Positions 9,926-19,703 are shown, counted from the first letter of the whole stretch. The stretch: DNA of 63,991 bases, filler included, from an uncultured bacterium (GCA_964449065.1; 10 parts of 10 records of this genome joined end to end with filler, not necessarily neighbours in it); one strand, 5' to 3'. Made by a program: numbers and translations. Notes: generated by a model from the sequence alone, not told the origin.

Positions 9926-9953
9926 ATTATAGAATACGGATAAAGCATGTCAA
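9926..9953 (-). promoter_or_regulatory. Sigma70 promoter for tRNA-Val (and possibly the thrS operon)
   Basis: Consensus TTGACA-16 nt-TATAAT on the minus strand, 10 nt upstream of the tRNA. Confidence 0.8.
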
Positions 9954-10246
9954 CGCCGGATTAGACTGTTTTCAACTCATTGAGATGTTTTGTTTTAAAC
10001 TTCAATCTTTTTGCGGCAACCTATGGTTCGCAAAAACCAAATCAACATGCTAATTTGTTCCCATAAAACTTAACACCTTTTACTTCTTGCGAAAACGGTA
10101 AATTGAGTATAATTTCATAACATTCCGAAAAGATCGTATAGATTTTACTTTCTTTAATTTAAACCGAGTTAAGCAGAATACTATGAGATAGTTAGTAACA
10201 AATTTTTAATATAGTCTTATTGCAATTCTAACAATAGTAGATTAAG

Positions 10247-10266
10247 TTATCCACAGGTTATCCAAA
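10247..10266 (+). promoter_or_regulatory. Tandem DnaA-box-like pair
   Basis: TTATCCACA-gg-TTATCCAAA in an AT-rich intergenic region. Confidence 0.35.
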
Positions 10267-10289
10267 ATCTTTCGACTTGGAGAAATAGA

Positions 10290-12725
10290 ATGAATTCCTC
10301 CAGTAACTCCTTGAAAACCGTAAAAATTGACCTCCACTGTCATTCCAACGCCTCCGATACACCCCCATTATGGTTTATGCAGCGTTTAGGTTGCCCGGAA
10401 AGTTTCACGAAACCGGAACGAGTTCGGGATAAAGCCCTTGAAAAAGGGATGGATTTCATTGCGTTAACCGACCATGACACGCTAGCCGGTGTGAACCAAA
10501 TTGAACACCATAACGATGTGTTAAGAGGAGTGGAAGTCACAACATTTTTTCCGGACGGAGTATCCGCTCATGTTTTATGTTATGGCATGACTGATCAACA
10601 ATTTGAAACCCTAAACGAAGTCCGTCTCAATATTTTTGAGTTTGTGGAATACTTACAGCAAGAAAATATCGTTCATGTATGCGCTCATCCCCTTCATAAA
10701 GTCAACGGCAGAACGACATGGGATCATTTCGAGCAGATGATCCTTCTATTTAAACGGTTTGAAATCATCAACGGCAGCCGCTTGCGCCGCTTGAACGATA
10801 CCACAGAATTGGTTTTACGCAGTTTGGATGAAGACAATATAGATGAGCTCTCTTTTATTCACGGCATTGAACCTAAATGCGAAAAACCCTGGGAAAAGGT
10901 TTTTACCGCCGGCAGCGATGACCACAGCGGCTTGTATATCGGAACAACCTATACTGAAATCGATGTGAATGAAGAAACAATAGAGGGTCTTTTAGAGGGA
11001 ATACGGCTTGGGAGGACACGCGCCTGTGGGCATTCCAGTGGATCATTCACGCTGGCTCACATGGTTGGCAGTATCGGCTACCAATATTGGAAACACAGAA
11101 CCGGTGGCAGCAACACAGAACTATTCCAATTGATGGGCAGACTGCTAGACCCGGAACACCCCACGCCGCCTCGGTGGCTGCAAAGCATTCAAAGCCGTGT
11201 TCAAAAAACCAAAGAGTATTTCTTTCGAAAGAAGAAAGCGACACATGATATTTACTTTGCCATCCGCGAGGCGGTTGAAGGCTCGGAATCCTTGGAAGCG
11301 CTGTTAAATCCCGGCAATTTAAGTTGCAGCGAATTCAATCATCATTTCTCCGAAATAACTGCCGCCGCGTTAGACAGCATGATTATAAATGTCATCAAAC
11401 GCCCGGCCTGCATCCCCTCCTTCATCACGTACGCTCCCCTTTTATTCAGCGCGTATGGCGGAACCAGCAAAAACTTATACGACGAAGAGGATTTGCTTCA
11501 CAAAGCGGATGAAGTGTTGGGACGGGATGTAAAACCAAAGGTTGCTTGGTTTACAGACTCATTCATGAATATGGATGGTGTATCCAAAACCTGCAAGGCG
11601 TTTTTGCGATCCGCCCGCGAGCGCAGTTTGGATTTAACCATGATCACCTGCTCCAGTGAAGACCTTTCAGAACTCGACGGTGTAAAATCCTTTGATCCCA
11701 TTCATAACTTCGCGTTACCGGGATATGAAAAAGTCGAACAATGTTTACCGTCCATCATTCGGGTCATGAAATATTTGGAAGATCAGCAATTTAATTCATT
11801 TGTCATCAGCACACCCGGCCCGGTGGGCTTGATGGGGTTGCTGTTCGGCAAACTCTTCCAAGTCCCGGTTCACGGCATTTACCACACCGACCTGCCGCGC
11901 ATTGCAATGCGGGTGTCGAATGACACGTTCTTTGGCCAAGTCACCTTAGCTTTGACCAAGGCTTTTTATAAACAAATGAAAACGGTTTACGCTCCCTGCC
12001 GCTGGTACGCGCAGGATGTCGAAAAAATGGAAGTGCCGAAAGAACGGATAAAAATTTTAGAACGCTGGGTGGATCCCAACATGTTTTCCCCAACAAAGCA
12101 CGACCCGCTGTATTGGGATGCCAAAGAACCGGTCAAGGTACTGTATGTAGGCCGAATTTCGAAGGATAAAAACCCTGAGTTGCTGATGAAAACCTATCAA
12201 CGCTTGGCAGAACGCTACCCTGATTTTGTCTTGCATGTTATCGGTGATGGCCCTTACTTTGATGAAATGAATGAAAAAACAAAGCACTGGTCACGGTTTA
12301 TCATGACCGGCGCCAAGTTTGGAGAAGACTTGGCGCGGGCATTTGCCTCATCCGATCTGTTCCTCTATCCGGGGCTTCTTGATACCTTTGGCAACGTTGT
12401 GATCGAAGCGCAGGCTTCCGGGTTGCCGTGCGTGGTCATGAATGAAGGCGGCCCTCCGGAATTGGTGAAATCCGGTCATACCGGCTTTGTCGCGCAATCC
12501 GATTCGCAATTCATTGCATACGCGGAGCAGTTGTTAATTCAAAAAGAAAACCGCCAATGGATGAGCCGCAACGCCGCGGAGTATGCGGTGGAGCGGTTCT
12601 CGGAAGCGCGCATTTTCGAAGGCTTTTGGAACGAGATTACTTCAAAAACATCACGCAAAGAAAAACCCGCAACGGTATTCGATTTCAACCGTGTCAGCGA
12701 CAATGTAGTAAAACTTCCAGCATGA
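10290..12725 (+). CDS. PHP phosphoesterase - GT4 glycosyltransferase fusion
   Basis: N-terminal DLHCH, LTDHD, GVE, AHP, GSDDH; C-terminal DGVS, STPGPVG, YHTD, YVGRISKDKN, DTFGNVVIEAQASGLP. Confidence 0.9.
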   Translation: MNSSSNSLKTVKIDLHCHSNASDTPPLWFMQRLGCPESFTKPERVRDKALEKGMDFIALTDHDTLAGVNQIEHHNDVLRGVEVTTFFPDGVSAHVLCYGMTDQQFETLNEVRLNIFEFVEYLQQENIVHVCAHPLHKVNGRTTWDHFEQMILLFKRFEIINGSRLRRLNDTTELVLRSLDEDNIDELSFIHGIEPKCEKPWEKVFTAGSDDHSGLYIGTTYTEIDVNEETIEGLLEGIRLGRTRACGHSSGSFTLAHMVGSIGYQYWKHRTGGSNTELFQLMGRLLDPEHPTPPRWLQSIQSRVQKTKEYFFRKKKATHDIYFAIREAVEGSESLEALLNPGNLSCSEFNHHFSEITAAALDSMIINVIKRPACIPSFITYAPLLFSAYGGTSKNLYDEEDLLHKADEVLGRDVKPKVAWFTDSFMNMDGVSKTCKAFLRSARERSLDLTMITCSSEDLSELDGVKSFDPIHNFALPGYEKVEQCLPSIIRVMKYLEDQQFNSFVISTPGPVGLMGLLFGKLFQVPVHGIYHTDLPRIAMRVSNDTFFGQVTLALTKAFYKQMKTVYAPCRWYAQDVEKMEVPKERIKILERWVDPNMFSPTKHDPLYWDAKEPVKVLYVGRISKDKNPELLMKTYQRLAERYPDFVLHVIGDGPYFDEMNEKTKHWSRFIMTGAKFGEDLARAFASSDLFLYPGLLDTFGNVVIEAQASGLPCVVMNEGGPPELVKSGHTGFVAQSDSQFIAYAEQLLIQKENRQWMSRNAAEYAVERFSEARIFEGFWNEITSKTSRKEKPATVFDFNRVSDNVVKLPA

Positions 12726-12749
12726 GTTAACCTAAGTTGACACTCAGAT

Positions 12750-12782
12750 AAGCCTCCTATCATCCGGTAGAAGGCTTTTTTT
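12750..12782 (+). terminator. Intrinsic terminator
   Basis: AAGCCTCCTA...TAGAAGGCTT stem plus T run after the PHP-GT4 stop. Confidence 0.65.
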
Positions 12783-12789
12783 ATTGATA

Positions 12790-13042
12790 TAACTCACCTT
12801 ACGCGGAAGAGGATCAACACTGGATAAAAAAGGATTCGATTGAATAGCCGTTCTATCTGAATCAAACGGATTATCTATCGTCTTCTCCCTTTGGGAGAAG
12901 ATAAGAGATGAGGGCGAAGAGAGCAATTGCTCCCTGTAACGCAATAACGTACTTAGAGGATATTGTCTCCATAAGCCCTCACCCCTACCCTCTCCCGGTG
13001 GGCGAGGGCGATAGATACTGCGAACGATTAGAATAATGGGCA
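12790..13042. mobile_element. MITE family 2 carrying an inverted REP doublet; right end lost at the contig break
   Basis: Left TIR TAACTCACCTTACGC; internal doublet TCTATCGTCTTCTCCC-TTT-GGGAGAAGA...CCCTCTCCCGGTGGGCGAGGGCGATAGA (12874-13016). Confidence 0.65.
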
Positions 13043-13142
13043 NNNNNNNNNNNNNNNNNNNNNNNNNNNNNNNNNNNNNNNNNNNNTTAATTAATTAANN
13101 NNNNNNNNNNNNNNNNNNNNNNNNNNNNNNNNNNNNNNNNNN

Positions 13143-13213
13143 ATTGCATTTGCCGTAGGGGCACATTGCAATGTGCCCCTACACAACGTCTACGCAAACC
13201 TGAAATGCGCTAG
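13143..13213. mobile_element. Right part of MITE family 3 with palindrome GTAGGGGCACATTGCAATGTGCCCCTAC
   Basis: Near-identical to 41830-41893; the end also matches the reverse complement of 19573-19603. Confidence 0.75.
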
Positions 13214-13340
13214 AACACAGTGTGGTTTTGGATGTGAAAGTCTATTTTGTGCAATTCAAGGGGCAAGATAGATTTGTAATACAGGCAGGGATAAGGTATT
13301 CGCTGTCCCTGCCTGCCGGTGTTTGTCTACGAATTAACCC

Positions 13341-13970
13341 CTATTTCAACTCTTTCAAACGAATATTGCGGAACCATAGCGGCAAACCGTGGTCTTGCAG
13401 GGCGATGTAGCCTTTGAGAGGCCGATCTTTCATGGGTGTTTCACTGAGATTAACATCAATGATTTGCTCCCCATTCAGTTTCACCTTCATGTTGTGCCCT
13501 TTGCAGGTAACAATCATGCGGTTCCATTCGCCCGCGGGTTTTGACATGTTTTTGCTGGGACCGACAGTGCGGATAACACCGCCGTTATCGTGATGACCGA
13601 GTTCTTTGTCCACCCCGTATGAATCCAGAATTTGCACTTCGATTCCTTGCTCGACCGGTTTCTGTTGATCGGCAATGCGAACAAACACTCCACTGTTGCC
13701 CTTGGGTGGAATCTTAAATTCCAGATCAAGGATGAAATCGCCGTATTTTTTGTCGGTATAAATATAGTCTTCAAAGCGCTGCCAGCCTTCTTCGCCCGGG
13801 CGGGGTTTGATGGCTAAGACGCCGTTATCTTCCACCAGCCAGTTGCCTTCCGTTGTCCAGCCGGAGAGGTCTTTGCCGTTGAAGAGATTGATCCATCCGT
13901 CTTTTTCGGAAGCAAAGGATAAGATGGCGCTTGCTGCAATGAATGACGCGAGAATAAGGATGCGGTACAT
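13341..13970 (-). CDS. DUF1080 / 3-keto-disaccharide hydrolase family secreted protein
   Basis: Signal peptide, GWINLFNGKDLSGW, GNSGVF, EVQILD, GEWN, GYIALQDHG...WFRNI. Confidence 0.9.
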   Translation of the reverse strand: MYRILILASFIAASAILSFASEKDGWINLFNGKDLSGWTTEGNWLVEDNGVLAIKPRPGEEGWQRFEDYIYTDKKYGDFILDLEFKIPPKGNSGVFVRIADQQKPVEQGIEVQILDSYGVDKELGHHDNGGVIRTVGPSKNMSKPAGEWNRMIVTCKGHNMKVKLNGEQIIDVNLSETPMKDRPLKGYIALQDHGLPLWFRNIRLKELK

Positions 13971-14288
13971 GGTTTTATTCCTCCGTAATGTGGGTTTTGT
14001 TTATCATAGATGATTATCATAGATGATTTATTGTAAGAGGGGAACGTGTGAGAATAGACCTGATAATCGAATCAGAATTGCGATGATAAAGCGGAATCGT
14101 ATCGAATCATACTGCCGGCAAAAAACGCTTCATGATGGTGGAAATTTTGGAGAACATTATAATCCATGCTTGATCAGTGACATGGTGGCGTTTCATGGAT
14201 GGTAGGTTCCCTATGCCGGAGAACGCGGTAAAAGGCAATGGTTGAATGTATGATCCGGCGGAAGAAGAGATGGGAATCGAGACACGGA

Positions 14289-14322
14289 GAAAACAAAAGG
14301 CGGTGAGAAGTTCCCACCGCCT
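14289..14322 (-). terminator. Intrinsic terminator
   Basis: AGGCGGTG..CACCGCCT stem followed by TTTTGTTTT on the minus strand. Confidence 0.7.
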
Positions 14323-14353
14323 AAGTTCTATATGATAGAGGAATCGAATGAGA

Positions 14354-16162
14354 TCAGTATAAAGACCACTCCTGAACCGCGGTATCCACCGAACCTTCAC
14401 TGCTAATGGTGACATTGGTAAAGGTGCCTTCCGCGGCAGTTGACGCATCGTTTGAACTGACGGCTAAACCGACATAGACCGGATCGGTGAATGCCATGGT
14501 GCTGATATTGGCCACAGACCAAATATCCGGATTGTTGATATCTTTGAATTCAAACTGGAAGCGGTCGCCGTCACGGGTCACTCTCATCCCGCCAAAGTCA
14601 TTGCGGTCCCCGCCGATATTGTCGGTATTGAAACCGCCGTCAAAGGCAACTCCCGCGCGGATGTTATACACATTATTGCCGGCTAAATCACGCGCATCGT
14701 TTCTCATCGAAAAATCCGTACGTTGCGAAAAGGTGATGAACGGTGATGTTGATGCAAGGCTATCGCGTACCATAACGCCGACTTTGGTATCGTTGTCAGG
14801 ACCTGGAGTGGGAACGTTTGATTCATCCACTTCAACCGTAAAGTTGCCGTTCACCGCTGTCCATACGAAATACAAACTGTCTTCATCATCGGCAAGCGTG
14901 CCTGCGCCGCTGACGGTATAGGTCCCATCCGCAAACGAAGCCGAGCCTGAGCCGCCGCCTATCGCGCTGGCGCCGTCAAAGTCTCCGACTGCACCGTCAT
15001 TATCCGGGGCGAGACCCGCTACAGGATTGCCACCGGTCATGATGCCGTTTACGCTCCCTTCAAAATCCCCGCGGGTTGCACCGGCCGAAGGCGTGACGGA
15101 GTAGGTTAAATCCTGCACGCCTTGAAAATTGCTGATTGACCACGTGATGGTATTGCCGGAAACACTGCCGCCGTCGCTGATGTTGCTGGCCGTCCACCCA
15201 TCGGGAATGGTTTCCGTAACGTCTGCAGTGGTCGCATCCCCTTCATTGTTTAAGGTGATGCTCACATCCAATGCTTTACCCGGTGTAAAGTGCGATTCAG
15301 AAAAAAAGCGTGAGCCTACTGTCACGGGTTCAAGCGTGACATTTTTAATTAGCACTTCATCGGGTGGAGTGGCATCGACATTCCCGTCATGATCAAATGC
15401 AAACAATCCCCAATTAATTTCTTCCGGCATCCAAAAGCCGGCGGCGAATTGATCGTTCACATGTTCCCAATCTTCTTCCGCCGGAGGGGCATCAGGATCA
15501 TCCAATGGAATATTGGCGTCTTCATAAATCAATTGGTTGGCGGGCCAAATCCGGGTTACACGCAGCCAAATTGGTTCTAATGAATCCGCACCCAAAAAGA
15601 TGGTTTTTTCATGAGCATCTTGGTTAATGGAACGAGTGGAAGTCGCTTGGCTGCGGGAAAAACGCACACCGCGTTCGGTTAGATCTTCGTTGCCTCTATA
15701 CTCAAAAAAAGCGCTGGCTGAACCTTCAAACTCAGGTTCGTTGCGAATCATTATTCCAGATTTCGCCCATTCTACTCCGCCGGGTTGTATGTATTGAACC
15801 CGGGCAGTCATCCGGTAGCTGCGGGGGCGTGAGGTCCAAAGATACACGGTCTCATCTTCGTTATCCCACACATCATTCCCGTTCGATTGAATCAAATACT
15901 CTCCGGTATTTGGATCAAACTGTACTTTTGATGCACGGGCTTCTGGATTGTCGCGCAACGCATAGACATACGTTACTTGGTTATCAAAAATTCCAACGCC
16001 TTCCATTACATCTGTGGTTTCGGTTAAAATTCCTTCGGCGGGCACACCCACTTCAATTTCAGTCGATTCGACTAGGTCTTGACCTTGTGCGGAAGCGGTA
16101 ACAGCCAACACTGAAACCATTGTTGAACTCAATAATCCGATAAAGATTTTGTGTAATTTCAT
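14354..16162 (-). CDS. Secreted acidic multidomain protein: two ConA/DUF1349-like beta-sandwich repeats around an Ig-like domain
   Basis: Signal peptide from ATG 16162 (GGAGA RBS); internal repeat G.Y....G....D.ED...Y.W...K.G.M.R; middle VTETIPDGWTASNISDGG...ITW; ends AVQEWSLY. Confidence 0.75.
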   Translation of the reverse strand: MKLHKIFIGLLSSTMVSVLAVTASAQGQDLVESTEIEVGVPAEGILTETTDVMEGVGIFDNQVTYVYALRDNPEARASKVQFDPNTGEYLIQSNGNDVWDNEDETVYLWTSRPRSYRMTARVQYIQPGGVEWAKSGIMIRNEPEFEGSASAFFEYRGNEDLTERGVRFSRSQATSTRSINQDAHEKTIFLGADSLEPIWLRVTRIWPANQLIYEDANIPLDDPDAPPAEEDWEHVNDQFAAGFWMPEEINWGLFAFDHDGNVDATPPDEVLIKNVTLEPVTVGSRFFSESHFTPGKALDVSITLNNEGDATTADVTETIPDGWTASNISDGGSVSGNTITWSISNFQGVQDLTYSVTPSAGATRGDFEGSVNGIMTGGNPVAGLAPDNDGAVGDFDGASAIGGGSGSASFADGTYTVSGAGTLADDEDSLYFVWTAVNGNFTVEVDESNVPTPGPDNDTKVGVMVRDSLASTSPFITFSQRTDFSMRNDARDLAGNNVYNIRAGVAFDGGFNTDNIGGDRNDFGGMRVTRDGDRFQFEFKDINNPDIWSVANISTMAFTDPVYVGLAVSSNDASTAAEGTFTNVTISSEGSVDTAVQEWSLY

Positions 16163-16411
16163 ACTTTCATCTCCCAGAATTTGTTGAACATAATTTTCAA
16201 AGAATAAATACAAAACAATAATGACTTTGTGCTGTAGAGTTTTTGATTGACCACCCCCTTCAAAAATAGATGATAACGTTCACAATATTTACTATTATTC
16301 CATATATCGATATAATTTGTCAATAGAAAATTTTGCTCAGTTTAATAAAATAAAGATCAATTTGTTTGGGATTGTTTTAGAATCTATATAAATAGAAGGA
16401 GTTCAAGTTAA

Positions 16412-17677
16412 GTGTTTAGAGTTAATTATAATACTTTATTTATTTTTGTTTTTTTATTCACACAATTCAGTTTTTCTGAAGAAAAAAATAAAACGTTGCC
16501 TGAACATATAGAAGAACTTTATAGAGAATCGAAAGAATTTACTGACAATATTGAACTTCATGTTGTATTGGTGAAGGCGTTGAAATCCGCTCACCGTTTT
16601 GAAGAGGCAAAAGATATTCTGCTTAAATTTCAAGAAAAATTCCCTGAAAATACCATTATCAAGCAAGAACTCTCTGAAACATTGTATATTTTGGATAAAT
16701 CCAATATGAAAGCGCTTCATCTAGCTGAGGAATGTGTAGAGAAATACCCAGACAGCAAGAACTATCTGGAATATTTCGGGCATTTACAGCAGCAGTTTGG
16801 TTTTCATGAAGAGGCGGTTGAAACGTTAGAGAAACTGAATGCATTAGAACCGGAAAATGAAATGTACCGGTATCAACTGGCATCGGCGCTGCATTTTTCC
16901 GGGCAAGATGAGAAAGCCATCGAACTCTTGGACGATTTGGTAAAAGATGCCCCCAAACCCTATGTATTGGCGCTTGCAGGAAGGGTTCATCAATCCGTGG
17001 GGCATACAGATAAAGCAGAAAGGTATTTACAACATTCCCTTGAACTCGATTCTAAAAATGAGTTGGCGGCGGAAGAATTGGGAAAAATTTATCTTGCGCA
17101 GAATCAATCTGAGAAGGCAGTCAAGTATTTAACTTTGGCGGTTGATCATAATCCGTTTTCGATTCGGGCGGCGACAAAGTTATCGGAAGCATTGTTCCGT
17201 AACAAACAGCGTCAAGCGGCTCAACAGATTTTGAAGCGTGTGGAGAGGCTGCGTTCCTATTCAGAGCAGAGGCGTTATCAGTTGCATCATTTGTTTGAAC
17301 ATGGCGCGGTAAAGTTGGAAGAGCACCGTTTGCTTGCATCTGAATTCTTTGCACTCGGTTTACCACAAAAGGCGGAACCGCATTTGGAAACGATTGTGGA
17401 ATTGAAGCCTGCTGACACAGACGCGGCGTATTCGTTAGCCTCGATAAAATTTCGGAATCGCAAGTTTGAAGAGACCTTGCCTTTGCTTCAAATGTTACAA
17501 AAATCGAAACATGCCGAAACCGATTATTACCAGGCAATGATGGTGATTTGTTTGGCGAAAACCGGTCAAATCGCAAAAGCGTCCGCAACGTTCAGTGCAG
17601 CGAAAAAAATGTATCCGGATTCAACCAATATAAAAGACGCTGAGACAATATTGAAGCAACAATTGCCGAATGAATAA
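16412..17677 (+). CDS. Tetratricopeptide repeat protein (exported)
   Basis: Hydrophobic N-terminus, multiple TPR-like helical repeats, overlaps the next gene. Confidence 0.85.
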   Translation: MFRVNYNTLFIFVFLFTQFSFSEEKNKTLPEHIEELYRESKEFTDNIELHVVLVKALKSAHRFEEAKDILLKFQEKFPENTIIKQELSETLYILDKSNMKALHLAEECVEKYPDSKNYLEYFGHLQQQFGFHEEAVETLEKLNALEPENEMYRYQLASALHFSGQDEKAIELLDDLVKDAPKPYVLALAGRVHQSVGHTDKAERYLQHSLELDSKNELAAEELGKIYLAQNQSEKAVKYLTLAVDHNPFSIRAATKLSEALFRNKQRQAAQQILKRVERLRSYSEQRRYQLHHLFEHGAVKLEEHRLLASEFFALGLPQKAEPHLETIVELKPADTDAAYSLASIKFRNRKFEETLPLLQMLQKSKHAETDYYQAMMVICLAKTGQIAKASATFSAAKKMYPDSTNIKDAETILKQQLPNE

Positions 17678-19346
17678 ATTTCCTATTATTTTCCTATACC
17701 TTTTATTGCTAACTCTGTTCGGTATTTCCAGAGAATCCTCCTCAAATACCCCGCCGTTTTATTTTGTTGACAATACAACGGAAGCAGGGCTTTCCTCCTT
17801 TCGGCATGTACTTGGTTCGACGGAAAAACTTTACATCTTCGATACGATGGGGTCCGGCGTTTGCGCCGCGGATATCAATAATGATGGATACGATGAGTTG
17901 TATTTTTTGAACGCCGGGCGTTTTGGGGAGGAAGAGAGTGCATCTTTGCCAAAGAATCGGATGTATTTGAACAACCAAGACGGCACCTTCACAGATATTA
18001 CCGGGTCTTCCGGGTTGGGGAGTACCGCATGGAGTTTTTCCGCGGTGTTCGGGGATATCGATCATGATCAAGATGTAGACGTGTATGTTGGGAATATGGG
18101 AAAAAACCAGTTGTTCCGCAATAATGGAGACAATACGTTTACGGAAGTAACCGATGAGGCAGGTGTTGGTGATGACCGGTTTGCGGCAGGAACCATTATG
18201 GGAGATGTGGATGGTGACGGCTGGCTGGATATCTTTGTGACAAATTATGTTGATGTCAGTCAAGAACTGATTTTATCAAAGGGAAAAACCAGAACATACC
18301 GCGGAATTGAGGTAATGTTGGGACCGCTGTCTTTTGAGCCGCAACGGGACGTGCTTTATAGAAACCGTGGAGATGGAACGTTCATTGATGTCACGGAGAA
18401 TGCGGGAATTGCCAAAAAAGGGCGCGGTATGGGTGCGGTATTTAGTGATCTGGATAACGATGGCGACTTGGATTTGTATATATCGAATGACAGTACATAC
18501 AACTATTTGTATGAGAATATAGGTGAGGGAAGATTTGAAGAAATCGGTATTCTGACCGGTGCGGCTGTTGACCGCGATGGCGTTGAGCAGGGCAGTATGG
18601 GAGTAGCAGCAGGGAATATCAACCATGACAATTGGATTGACCTTTTTGTAACGGCTTTTGATCAAGAATACGATGTTCTGTATCAAAATATGGGGGGGTT
18701 GTTCTTTCAAGATATTACCCGGCAGATGAATATGTATAGGACCAGTTATCAACTGGTGGGGTGGGGAAACGCGATTGCCGATTTCAACAATGACGGTTTT
18801 GACGATATTGTGGTAGCGAACGGACATATCTATCCAAATATTGATGACATTCCGAATGAAACCGGTTACGCTCAAAAGAATACCATTTTTTATAACAAGG
18901 AAGGCAAAGGTTTTGAAGATGTGACCGCGCAAAGCGGCCCTGGATTTCAAATCGAGAAAGTCAGCCGCGGGATGGCGGTGAGTGATTTTGACCGGGATGG
19001 GGATTTGGATATCGCCATCAATAATTTAGAGGATTCTCCGACTTTGCTGATGAATCAATCGATGGGAAGAAACTGGATGCAGGTGGATGTGCGGAATTGG
19101 CCGTATAGCCCGGTTGGAACTGCTATAACCGTACAAACAAAAGTCCGTGAGCAGCGGAAGGAAATCTATGCGGGGAGTGGATATCAATCTCAGAACAGCC
19201 GGATTGTACACTTTGGATTGGGTCAGCACACGGAAGGAAGAATTTATCTTCGTTTTCCTGATAACACCACCCGAACATTAAACCATATCCAAGTAAATAA
19301 ACGGGCGAAAATAAGCCCTGACCGAATGGAATATCAAACGCATTAG
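17670..19346 (+). CDS. CRTAC1-family protein (FG-GAP/VCBS repeats plus ASPIC/UnbV domain)
   Basis: Repeated D.D.DG..D motifs, LYRN.GDGTF.DVT, C-terminal GSGYQSQNSRIVHFGLG. Confidence 0.92.
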   Translation: MNKFPIIFLYLLLLTLFGISRESSSNTPPFYFVDNTTEAGLSSFRHVLGSTEKLYIFDTMGSGVCAADINNDGYDELYFLNAGRFGEEESASLPKNRMYLNNQDGTFTDITGSSGLGSTAWSFSAVFGDIDHDQDVDVYVGNMGKNQLFRNNGDNTFTEVTDEAGVGDDRFAAGTIMGDVDGDGWLDIFVTNYVDVSQELILSKGKTRTYRGIEVMLGPLSFEPQRDVLYRNRGDGTFIDVTENAGIAKKGRGMGAVFSDLDNDGDLDLYISNDSTYNYLYENIGEGRFEEIGILTGAAVDRDGVEQGSMGVAAGNINHDNWIDLFVTAFDQEYDVLYQNMGGLFFQDITRQMNMYRTSYQLVGWGNAIADFNNDGFDDIVVANGHIYPNIDDIPNETGYAQKNTIFYNKEGKGFEDVTAQSGPGFQIEKVSRGMAVSDFDRDGDLDIAINNLEDSPTLLMNQSMGRNWMQVDVRNWPYSPVGTAITVQTKVREQRKEIYAGSGYQSQNSRIVHFGLGQHTEGRIYLRFPDNTTRTLNHIQVNKRAKISPDRMEYQTH

Positions 19347-19603
19347 AGCAACTCAGGTTTGAGTTGATAGCAAGGACGAACCGGTAAAAAGTTAAAAATT
19401 GAAGTGCAAGGTTTCCAGTCTGCTACTATATACAATGCAATACAATGCAGGCAAGATGCCTGCACCACAATATACGTCATCGTGCTATTGTCCATTTCAC
19501 TTTTTGCCGGGGTAAAAGAAAGAGATGATATTTGATGTTGTCTTTGATCCAATGCCATTGACTTAGCACTCTTAGATCATTTCAGGTTTGCGTAGACGTT
19601 GTG
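19344..19603. repeat. Cluster of MITE family 3 ends and REP-like palindromes
   Basis: TAGAGCAACTCAGGTTTGAGT at 19344, TAGATCATTTCAGGTTTGCGTAGAC at 19573, TGCAGGCAAGATGCCTGCA at about 19446; AGAAAGAGATGATATTT also occurs at about 38661. Confidence 0.6.
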
Positions 19604-19703
19604 NNNNNNNNNNNNNNNNNNNNNNNNNNNNNNNNNNNNNNNNNNNNTTAATTAATTAANNNNNNNNNNNNNNNNNNNNNNNNNNNNNNNNNNNNNNNNN
19701 NNN

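Noticed and set aside
10060..10270. oriC
   Set aside because: There are only two boxes, no dnaA/dnaN/gidA nearby, and the TAGTAG trio-like bases are oriented opposite to the B. subtilis unwinding module.
14020..14290. Possible pseudogene or ncRNA in the intergenic region
   Set aside because: Only a 7-bp inverted repeat and a short interrupted frame are visible, with no recognisable family.
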